Made by a program: the position numbers and the translations under genes
NCBI GenBank assembly: GCA_963766375.1
Contig: CAVXZG010000008.1
Span: 3,853 to 67,852, forward strand
Length of the DNA stretch: 64,000 bases
DNA from: an uncultured Actinomycetes bacterium
GTDB lineage: Bacteria; Actinomycetota; Thermoleophilia; Gaiellales; Gaiellaceae
Direction: 5' to 3'
In this document: piece by piece, positions 17,796-26,032 of the stretch
Position numbering within the stretch: position 1 is the stretch's first letter
Layout of the letters: each line of letters begins with the position of its first letter
The notes under the pieces: generated by a model
The model's database searches: none
What the model was told of the DNA's origin: nothing
Seen by the model: the letters and a program-made list of their open reading frames with translations, nothing else

Positions 17796-18485
17796 CTAGG
17801 AGCGGTGTACGCCCATCGCGATGCTCGCGACGTAAGCGCTGCCGCTCTTGCGCACGCTCAGGAGCGAGCGCTTGCCGCCCTGGGCGAAGACGAAGTCGTT
17901 CCCGTTGCGGGTCGTGCGCCTCCCGCGCCGGCTGTACGGCTTGCGGCGGAAGACCTTGTCGGTGACCGCGTCCGGGAAGTAGAGCTGGCCCGTGTGGACG
18001 ACTCTCCCGCCGACGTGCACCTTCACGTGGATGTGCACGGTGCGGCCCTGGTACCAACCTGGCCAGACCGAGCGGAAGCGCGCCAGGCCGGTCGCGTCGG
18101 TCTTCTGGATCCCGCGCATGAAGGTGCGGTTGCCCGAGCCCGAGCCGAAGCCCGAGTAGACGCCGAGCGCGTCCGCGTGCCAGATGTCCACCGCGGCGCC
18201 CTTGATCGGCTTGCAGGTCGAGGCGTCCACGACGCGCAGCCGCAGGAGCAGCGGCACGCCCGGCCGGCCCTCCGTGATGTCGCGGCGCAGCTTCTCGCCG
18301 TCGATGTAGTACGGGCCTTCCGTCTGCTCGGGTGAGAGCACGCACGTGAGCTGGCCGGAGGCGACGGCGTCCGGGCCCGCTCCATCGGCGCTGTCGAGCC
18401 GCAGGCCGCCCACTCCGAGAGCGGCCGCGAAGAACCCACCGAGCCGAAGGAGCGAGCCGCGGCGCGTCAGGCGAAGGTCGTCCAT
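17796..18485 (-). CDS. secreted intradiol ring-cleavage dioxygenase-like protein (Tat signal)
   Basis: Twin-arginine leader LTRRGSLLRLGGFFAAALG; dioxygenase core TEGPYY, VDIWHADALGVYSG, GWYQGRTVHIHVKV. Confidence 0.85.
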   Translation of the reverse strand: MDDLRLTRRGSLLRLGGFFAAALGVGGLRLDSADGAGPDAVASGQLTCVLSPEQTEGPYYIDGEKLRRDITEGRPGVPLLLRLRVVDASTCKPIKGAAVDIWHADALGVYSGFGSGSGNRTFMRGIQKTDATGLARFRSVWPGWYQGRTVHIHVKVHVGGRVVHTGQLYFPDAVTDKVFRRKPYSRRGRRTTRNGNDFVFAQGGKRSLLSVRKSGSAYVASIAMGVHRS

Positions 18486-18560
18486 GCCCCGACGGTAGCG
18501 CTGGAGTCTGAGAAATGTTTGAGAAAAACGGCGATTGTTGTGCCTTCATTAACACGCAAT

Positions 18561-18614
18561 CTCCTGGAGCACGTCGGCCCGTAGCACCTGTGTATCGATC
18601 AATCGCTCCAGGAG
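18561..18614 (+). promoter_or_regulatory. 10-bp perfect inverted repeat whose 3' arm covers the Shine-Dalgarno of the downstream gene
   Basis: CTCCTGGAGC (18561-18570) and GCTCCAGGAG (18605-18614) are separated by 34 nt. The 3' arm overlaps GGAGG, 9 nt upstream of ATG 18624. Confidence 0.35.
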
Positions 18615-18623
18615 GTGGTTCAC

Positions 18624-19118
18624 ATGCAGAAGACGGCAAAGATCCGGGGTGGCGTGCTGCTCGCGGCAGCCCTCTTGGTCGGGCTCGTCGCCGCGATCTA
18701 CGCCACTCGATCGTCGAGCGCCGGGACTGCGAAGCTTGTCTCGACGGCCCACAACAAGACGCTCGGCAAGACGATCCTCGTCAACAGCAGAGGCCGGTCG
18801 CTCTACTCGCTCAGCGTCGAGCGGCACGGCAGGTTCATCTGCAAGACCTCGGCCTGTCTCTCGATCTGGACGCCTCTCACCGTGCGCAAGGGCACGAAGC
18901 CGACCGGCGTCGCCGGGCTGGGAACGGTCAAGCGGCCCGGCGGCAAGATCCAGGTTGCGTACCGCGGCGCACCGCTCTACACGTTCTCCCAGGACATGAA
19001 GCGTGGGGACGTCAAGGGCAACGGCTTCAAGGACGTCGGCGTATGGCGAGTGGTCGTGGTCTCGAAGGGCAATGCGGCTCCGGCGACGACTCCACCGGCG
19101 CCCGTCTACCACTACTGA
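18624..19118 (+). CDS. secreted/lipoprotein of the COG4315 (Y-x-F-x-x-D repeat) family
   Basis: Signal-like GGVLLAAALLVGLVAAIYA. Repeats GRSLYSLSVE and GAPLYTFSQDMKRGDVKGNG are typical of this family. GGAGG SD before ATG 18624. Confidence 0.8.
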   Translation: MQKTAKIRGGVLLAAALLVGLVAAIYATRSSSAGTAKLVSTAHNKTLGKTILVNSRGRSLYSLSVERHGRFICKTSACLSIWTPLTVRKGTKPTGVAGLGTVKRPGGKIQVAYRGAPLYTFSQDMKRGDVKGNGFKDVGVWRVVVVSKGNAAPATTPPAPVYHY

Positions 19119-19146
19119 GGCTCATCCCGAAGGCGCGACGGCCGTC

Positions 19147-19176
19147 GGATCCGCGGCCCTCGCGCCTGGCGGATCC
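19147..19176. terminator. hairpin between convergent genes (possible bidirectional terminator)
   Basis: GGATCCGC (19147-19154) pairs with GCGGATCC (19169-19176) around a 14-nt loop. No U-tract. Confidence 0.3.
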
Positions 19177-19178
19177 TC

Positions 19179-22100
19179 CTAGGAGAGCTCGGCCAGCCTT
19201 GCTTGCATCCGCTCCACTGCGACCAGGTTCCGCTTCTTCTCGGCGATCGGCAGCGCGGCCTCGAGCACCTTACGCTCGGCCTCAGTCCTCCCGGCCAGGC
19301 GATCGACCTCGGCTCGCGCGAAGGCGACGCCCAGGTGCATGATCACGTAGTCGGTTGGTTCGATCAGCGCCGCAGCCTCGCGGAGAAGCTCGTCGGCCTG
19401 GTCGAACTCGCCGCGCCTCGCGAGCACTCGCGCGCGCACAAGCTGATGCCGGGAGTGCGGCTCGAAGTCGTCCGCGGCGGCCACCCGCTCGGTCTCGGCC
19501 GCGAGCTCGAGCGCTTCGTCTTCGCGCCCCAGCTCGAGCGCGGCCTGAGCCTGTAGCCCGACCACCGTCGCCAGGTAGCCGGTCTCTGAGCTCTCCGCCA
19601 GCCGCTCGCGGCCCAGCGCAAGCGTCTCGTAGGCTCCCTGCGCGTTGCCCGCCAGCAGCTCCATCTCCGCGCTGATCATCGAGGAGCCCGCCCACCAGAT
19701 CATGTCGCCGAGGTCGTGGAGGAGCTCCCGCCCGGCGGCCACGTCCGCCCGTCCATCCTCGATCTGCTTCAGAGCTGCCTTCTGCGTCCCCCGGATGAGC
19801 AGGGCGATGGCCTCGAGCCGCTTCGAGGGCGAGCTCGCCATCCACTCGTTACAGAGACGGACACCCTCATCGGCAGGCGTGGCTCCCCACCAAACGTCCC
19901 AGCAGCGCCAGATCAGGAGCTCGCTCGTCAGCCTGGGGCTGAAACGCTCGGCCCTCTCACACGCCTGCCCCCAGAGTGCCTCCGCGGCGGCGCCGCTCCC
20001 CAGCCAGGCCCGGAACTGTCCTACCAGCCGCAGACCCCAGATCGCACCTTCCTCGTCCTCGAGCCGCTCCAACACCGCGAGCGCCTCCTCGGCCTGCGCG
20101 AGTGCGCCGCGCATGGTCACGTTGGCGTCGTACTGAACCTCGGCCTCGACACGCGCCAGCGTGACGCGGGCAAGCAGCCCCTCGTCCTGTGTGGAGGTTG
20201 CAAGCGCGACCGTCTCCTCGCGGAGAGCCGCCGCGCGCTGGGAAGTCGCCGAGCTCAGCATGGATGACCGCGAGCTGGAGGACGGCGCCCGCGCGCACAC
20301 CGCTCCCGGCCGGCACGAGGTCCACCGCGCGGGTGAGCAGCGCCTGGGCAGCCACGGTGTCCCCGCGGTCGCGCGCCTTTCCGGCGCTGGCCAGGAGGCG
20401 GTCTCCCGCCCTGGCGCCGATCTCGGCCGCCGCGTCGTCGAGCGGGCCGAGCTCGACGCGGTAGCGGTAGGCCTGCTCGAGGTGGTAGCCGACGATCTCG
20501 TCCAGCTCCACGAGCTCGGCGCCGTGCTCGGCGAGCCAGGTCGCGAAACGCTCGTGCAACTCGGCGCGCGTGGCCTTCGAGAGCGCCTCGTACGCGGTGT
20601 CGCGGATCAGGAGGTGCCGAAAGCGATAGGCCTCGTCGTCGGCGACGACCGAGGCCTCGGGTCGAACCAGGTCCTTGCGGACGAGCGTGATCAGCTTCCC
20701 GTCGACCGCCCGTCTCCTCGGGCGCGAGCGCGGCGACCGCGCCGCGGTGGAAGACCTGGCCCTCGACGGCGCCGCTTTCGAGCACGCTCCGCTCGGCGGG
20801 ATCGAGCTGGTCGAGCCGCGCGGCGAGCAGCGCCTGGATCGTCGGCGGCACGGCGACGTCTCCGCCGCCCTCGGGCACCATCGCCACCATCTCCTCGACG
20901 AAGAGCGGGTTCCCGCCGGCGGCTTCGAGGATCCGGCCCGCGCAGCTCCTCGTCGATCCCGCCGGTCAGCGACTCGATCAGCTCGACCGACTCCTGGGGC
21001 GCGAGCGGCTCGAGCAGGACGTTGGTCGCGTTCAGCTTGCCGCCGCCCCAGGCCGGCCGCGCGTCGAGCAGCTCGGGGCGCGCCATGCAAAGCAGCAGGA
21101 TCGGCGCGTCGCGGCTGAGGTCGGCGACGTGCTCGACGAGGTCGAGGAAGGTCGGCTCGCCCCAGTGGACGTCGTCGAACACGACGACGAGCGGGCTCTC
21201 GGTGGCGCGGGATTCGAGCAGCTTGCGGAAGGCCCAGGCGATCTCGTCGGGCGAGCTCGCCGCGGAGTCGTCGCCGAGGATCGAGGCCAGCGGCCCGATC
21301 GCGCTGCCGTCGGGAACGAGCTGCTTCACGACCTCGGTGACCGGCCAGTAGCTGATCCCATCGCCGTACGAGAGGCAGCGGCCGCGGAGAACTGTCGCCT
21401 CTTCGAGACCGCTCAGGAACTCGGTCACGAGACGCGACTTGCCGACTCCCGCGGTTCCGAGGATCGTGAACAGCTGGCAGGTCCGGTCGCTGACAACGTT
21501 CGAGAACGCGCCCTCGAGCAGCTTGCTCTGGCGCTCGCGGCCGACCATCGGTGCGGCGTCGCGGCGAGCCGGCGCCTCGGCCTGTACCGAGAGCAGCCGG
21601 TACGCCGTGAGCGGCTCGGCCTTGCCTTTCGCGGTCAGCGGCGGCGCCGGCTCGACCTCGACGCCGTCGCGCACGAGCCGGTAGGTCTCCTCGCCGAGCA
21701 GCACCTCGCCGGGCTGAGCGGCCTGCTCGAGCCGGGCAGCGACGTTGACCGCATCGCCGGTGGCGAGCCGCTCTTCGGTGCCCGTCACGACCTCGCCGGT
21801 GTTCACGCCCATACGGAGCTCGAGGCGCGTGCCGTAGTTCTGTTCGAGCTCGTCGTTCAGCTCATCGAGCCCGCCGCGGAGCTCATCGGCAGCCCGCGCA
21901 GCTCGGAGCGCGTCGTCCTCGTGCACAGCCGGAACGCCGAAGACCGCCATCACCGCGTCGCCGATGAACTTCTCGACGGTGCCGCCGTGCCGCTCCACGA
22001 TCGCCTTGGCCGTCTCGAAGTAGCGCGCCATGACGTGCCGCAGGCTCTCCGGGTCGATGCGCTCGCCGAGCGCGGTCGAGCCGGTGACGTCGCAGAAGAG

Positions 22101-22226
22101 CACCGTGACGGTCTTGCGCGTCTCGCGCGCGGGGGCGGTCGCCGCGAGAGCGGCGCCACAGGAGTCGCAGAACCGCGCCTCTTCCCGGTTCTCGGCCCCG
22201 CAGCTCGTGCAAGCAGCCACGAGCAC
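19179..22226 (-). pseudogene. Zn-ribbon / class III adenylate-guanylate cyclase / P-loop ATPase / TPR signalling protein, three frame breaks as assembled
   Basis: CTSCG...FCDSCG ribbon; cyclase core VTVLFCDVTGSTAL...KFIGDAVMAVFG...GVNTGEVV; P-loop GTAGVGKS; long TPR-like C-terminus. Frames switch near 20937, 20712 and 20247 with uninterrupted sequence sense. Confidence 0.85.
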
Positions 22227-22252
22227 GAGTCTAGGGCGTACGATCCGCGTCG

Positions 22253-22558
22253 ATGCCTCGGATGCGGCTAATGGTGCGGTTCCGGGCCGGGCCGACCTGG
22301 ACGAGCGGCTCGGTCAGGGAACAGCCGGACTGGGACGCCCACGCGGAGTTCGTCGACGCCCTCATCGAGCGCGGAACGTTCGTCATGGGCGGGCCGTTCA
22401 GCGACAACTCGGGCTCGATGAGCCTGCTGGAAGGCATCGATGCGGACGAGGCCCGCCGGATCCTCGAGGACGACCCGTTCATGAAGAACGGCGTCTTCGT
22501 CCTCGAGGAGATCCGGGAGTGGAACGTGTTCGTTGACGAGCTGAGCGCGGCCGGCTAG
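22253..22558 (+). CDS. YciI-family protein
   Basis: MVRFRAGPTW...WDAHAEFVDALIERGTFVMGGPF...DDPFMKNGV... is the YCII-related domain pattern. The start could be 22253, 22262 or 22271. Confidence 0.85.
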   Translation: MPRMRLMVRFRAGPTWTSGSVREQPDWDAHAEFVDALIERGTFVMGGPFSDNSGSMSLLEGIDADEARRILEDDPFMKNGVFVLEEIREWNVFVDELSAAG

Positions 22559-22585
22559 CGCACCGGATTCGGGCAGCGGTCCGTT

Positions 22586-23879
22586 TTAGCGCTGGAGCAG
22601 ATTCTCGTCGAAGAAACCAACCACGCGGCGCTCGTACTCCTGCGGCCTCGCTTCGATGCCGCCGGTGTGCTCGCCTTCCGGGATCTTCCAGAGCGTCTTC
22701 GGCTCGTGCGCGGCCGCATAGAACTTCGGGTTGAGGTTCTCGCCACCCTGGCCGTGGCCCGCGTAGATGAAGAACACCGGCGTCTTGATCCGGCGACTGA
22801 GATCCTTCAGGTTCGGCGGGGGCAGCGTGTTGGAAAAGATCGCCGTGCTTGCCGTGATAACGGTCATCGAAGGCACGAAGTGCCAGATGCCGCTGGCCTT
22901 CAGCATGAGCAGCTCGCGGATCGACCGAACCCCGGCACCCTCGGAGATGACTGCGTCATAGGCATTCGACCTGGCTGCGGTCTGGAGCAACGCCTCGCCG
23001 CCGACCGAGAGGCCGATTCCGCCGATCTTGTGCGCGTCCACGTCGGGCCGGCGCTGGAGGAACCGCGACGCGGCCACGAGGTCCTTGTCGAATTCCCAAC
23101 CGAAGACGTTCGGGGCGCCATCGCTCGTGGCCTCGCCTCGACGGTCGAAGCACCAGGACGCCGTAGCCGTGGCGCACGAGCATCCTCGCCTGCCGCTGCG
23201 GGCCGCTGCGGCCGGGGAAGACGACGACTGCTGCGCCGTTCTTCGACGGGACGTACCAGCCGTTCAGCTCGAGACCGTCGCTCGTCTTGAACGAGACGTT
23301 CTCGTAGGCGGCTCCGAGCTTGGCCGGCGGCACCACCGCGCGCGCCGCGTGCGTGAAGACGTAGGAGATGGCCACCGGCATCACGAGCACGTAGAAGACG
23401 ACAAGCCCGCTCGCGGCGAGCAAGACCCTTCGCCCGTACCGGCGAACGTGCCCGTCATCGGTGCGCCTCGTCCTCCAGAGCGTCACGGCGCCCAGGCCGA
23501 TGAGAACGATGCCGGCGACCAGCGCCAGGAAGCCGGTGTAGTCGTCGCCCGACGCGCCGACCTTGAGCGCGTAGTAGACGGCCTCCCCTGCGCCGATCGC
23601 GATCCCGAGCATCCCGACCGAAAGCGTGAACGAGGCGCGCGCTCCGGCTCGGAGGCGCGGGTAGAACCATGCGAGAGCAAGCAGCGCCGCCAGCGGTAGG
23701 AGCCCGCTGACGAGGTGGTCGGTTGCCGAGGTGCCCGCCTCCGGCTGGAGGAAGTTGTCGTCGAGGACGTGGAGGGCGATCAGCCCGATCCCCGTCCACG
23801 CCGTTATGAGCTCGGCCCGCGCGATCCCTCGGGATCGGGCGATCGCGGTGACGGCTGCGATCGTGGCGATGGATACAGA
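22586..23879 (-). pseudogene. membrane-anchored alpha/beta hydrolase, one frame break and unresolved start
   Basis: N-terminal helices and HVLDDNFLQPEAGTS, then PGRSGPQRQARMLVRHGYGVLV. The frame switches near 23147 to DRRGEATSDGAPNVFGWEF...GGIGLSVGGEA (nucleophile elbow)...GEHTGG. There is no canonical start in frame above 23612. Confidence 0.75.
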
Positions 23880-23929
23880 CTACGACTCTCCCGGGAACAT
23901 TGGAACCCTCGCGCTGAGAGAATCGCGCC

Positions 23930-24680
23930 GTGGGACGGCTCGACGGGAAGGTCGCGATCGTCACCGGCGCCGGCGGGGGGATCGGCCGCGCGATGGTCGT
24001 CCGGCTCGCCGAGGAAGGCGCACAGCGTCGTCGCGGCCGACGTGAACGAGGAACGCGCCGCCGAGACCGCCAAGCTCGCAGGCGCGAGCTACGAGGTCGT
24101 GGACGTCTCGCGCCCGGAGCAGGTCGAGCGGCTCGTTGCCACCGCTGTCGAGCGGCACGGAAAGCTCACGACGATGTGCAACAACGCTGCGATCTCGATC
24201 CCGGGCAACGTGGCGGAGGTCTCCGTCGAGGACTTCGACCGCACGATCTCGGTCAACCTGCGCGGCGTCTTCCTCGGCTGCAAGTACGCGGTGCCGGCGC
24301 TGCTGGCCGCGGGCGGCGGCTCGATCGTCAACACGGGCTCGGTGAACAGCCTCGTGGCTGAGCCCTTCCTCACCGCCTACTGCGCCTCGAAGGGCGGCGT
24401 GCTGATGCTCTCGAAGGCGGTCGCGCTGGACTACGCCGGCAAGGGCATCCGCTGCAACTGCCTCTGCCCCGGCTGGGTGGACACGCCGATCAACCACCCC
24501 CACGCCGAGCGAATGGGCGGGCTCGACGGCGTGCTCGAAAGCCTGCCGGAGTGGCAGCCGATCGGCCGCCAGGGCTACCCGGAGGAGATCGCCGACGCGG
24601 CGGTCTACCTCGCGTCGGACGAGTCGGCCTTCATGACGGGCAGCGCCTTCGTGATCGACGGCGGGATGACCGCGCGCTAG
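23930..24680 (+). pseudogene. short-chain dehydrogenase/reductase (SDR), one frame break as assembled
   Basis: TGAGGGIGRA cofactor motif in the frame of ATG 23930. After ~24026 it continues in the other frame with NNAAI, the YCASKGG catalytic Y-x-x-x-K and a PGWVDTP tail. Confidence 0.85.
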
Positions 24681-24817
24681 CGCCCCCGGCGGACGCGAAC
24701 GCCGAGCGCCAGCAGGCCGAGGATCTCTCCGGCCTGCGCGTCGAAGCTGAGATCGGCCACGGCGACAAGCGAGCCATAGCGCTTCTCGACGCCGCGAGCC
24801 TCGATCGCTGCGCTCAC
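24677..24817 (-). pseudogene. 46-codon remnant of an ABC-transporter ATPase N-terminus
   Basis: VSAAIEARGVEKRYGSLVAVADLSFDAQAGEILGLL is a canonical ABC ATPase N-terminus, but it stops where Walker A (GPNGAGKT) should follow. Its GTG overlaps the upstream stop (GTGA 24814-24817), and the 3' side runs into the convergent SDR gene. Confidence 0.5.
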
Positions 24818-25503
24818 GAGCCCTTCCGGAACGACACGAGCTCGTTGCGCTCGAGCGGTCCCTTGGCCGTCTGCTCTAGCACCGTGCCGATCCCGCGTAC
24901 GTAGTACTTGTGGTCGATCACGCCTGGCTCGAGCGGCGTCCACTCCTTGGTCAGCATCGCCCGGCTCGTCGAGATGTACGGGACACGTACCGAGGCGCGC
25001 ATGCTGACCACCTGGAAGTGGTCCTCGGCCTGGCCCTTGTAGTACTCCTGCCGGGCCCAGCGACCGGGTTTGGGGCGCGCGAACATGAAGATCCCCGGCC
25101 TGGCGCCGTCGACGCCTGCCGTCCAGCTGCCGGCCGTGCTCTTGACCTTGCCGTTCTTGTCGAGCTCGGCGGTCCTCTCGCCGAAGTACCAGACGTTGCC
25201 CTTCGCGTCCTGGGTGTACCAGTCCGTCGTGCGCTCCTCGAGGCGGCCGCTCAGGTAGAGCAGGTCGCTGACCACGACGCACGGCGCGCCGTCGATCACC
25301 CTCGTCCGGTGCGTGACCGTCATCACCTCGCGCGCGGGCTCGCCGTCCTTGACGCCCCGGTAGACGTAGACCGACCCGGGTTTGAGCGGGTACCACGGGT
25401 TGTCGACGCGGGCGCTGAAGCCTGCGGGCCTCGACCCCGCGGGGCTCGCGACCAGAACCGCCGCCAGCGCGAGGACGACCGTGAGAGTCCATTTCGTAGT
25501 CAT
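24814..25503 (-). CDS. secreted hypothetical protein (229 aa)
   Basis: Signal peptide MTTKWTLTVVLALAAVLVASPAG. The mature part has good composition and bias (DNPWYPLKPGSVYVYRG...WYFGERTAELDKNGK...); no family name recalled. Confidence 0.8.
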   Translation of the reverse strand: MTTKWTLTVVLALAAVLVASPAGSRPAGFSARVDNPWYPLKPGSVYVYRGVKDGEPAREVMTVTHRTRVIDGAPCVVVSDLLYLSGRLEERTTDWYTQDAKGNVWYFGERTAELDKNGKVKSTAGSWTAGVDGARPGIFMFARPKPGRWARQEYYKGQAEDHFQVVSMRASVRVPYISTSRAMLTKEWTPLEPGVIDHKYYVRGIGTVLEQTAKGPLERNELVSFRKGS

Positions 25504-25567
25504 GCCGAAGAGGCTAGAAGCGCGAGATGAACGACCGATGAAAACCCTCGTTCTCTACCTGTTCAAT

Positions 25568-25738
25568 TCAGCTAGCACTCCGAGCGCTGAAGGCCAGTTC
25601 GACGACCTGGATCGTGTCGTCGACGAACCCGTGGTCCTGCGAGAGGACGCCGAGCGACTTGGCGGCCAGGAGCGACTTATAGATCAGCGTCAGCTCGTCG
25701 AACGAGAGCGTCAGCTCGTATCTCTCGTCCCCGCTCAT
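25568..25738 (-). CDS. small acidic hypothetical protein (56 aa)
   Basis: Below the track cutoff. ATG 25738 overlaps the TGA of the upstream small ORF (ATGA). Translation: MSGDERYELTLSFDELTLIYKSLLAAKSLGVLSQDHGFVDDTIQVVELAFSARSAS. Confidence 0.5.
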   Translation of the reverse strand: MSGDERYELTLSFDELTLIYKSLLAAKSLGVLSQDHGFVDDTIQVVELAFSARSAS

Positions 25739-25932
25739 GAGCCGTCACGCCACCCTGTGGGGTTCATCGGCGGCTCGTGCTGCCGCACGGAGCGGTTCTC
25801 GAGGCCACCGAGGCCTCCGATCAGCGCGAGCAGGGCGGCTCCGAGGAGCAGCGGCGCCAGGAGGACGCCTCCCGGCACGAGCAGCGAGACGGCGGCGCCG
25901 AGCAGTGAGAGGACTGCGATCACGATCAACAT
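25735..25932 (-). CDS. small two-helix membrane protein (65 aa)
   Basis: GGAGG SD 5 nt upstream of ATG 25932. MLIVIAVLSLLGAAVSLLVPGGVLLAPLLLGAALLALIGGLGG, then a polar tail. Confidence 0.55.
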   Translation of the reverse strand: MLIVIAVLSLLGAAVSLLVPGGVLLAPLLLGAALLALIGGLGGLENRSVRQHEPPMNPTGWRDGS

Positions 25933-25995
25933 GGGTTCCTCCGTTCCTTGTGGGTCTGAGCCGATCGTGCCCCGCCGTGCATTAGGCCCGCATCG

Positions 25996-26030
25996 TGGAA
26001 ACCCCCAGGAGAGAACCGAAGTCTTTGGAC
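25996..26030 (-). repeat. 35-bp motif copy A (inverted relative to copy B), 3 bp beyond the LAL regulator stop and 63 nt upstream of the small-ORF pair
   Basis: Read on the minus strand: gtCCAAAGACTTCGGTTCtctccTGGGGGTttCCA. It matches copy B at 28 of 35 positions, including 16/16 and 7/7 blocks. Confidence 0.6.
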
Positions 26031-26032
26031 GG

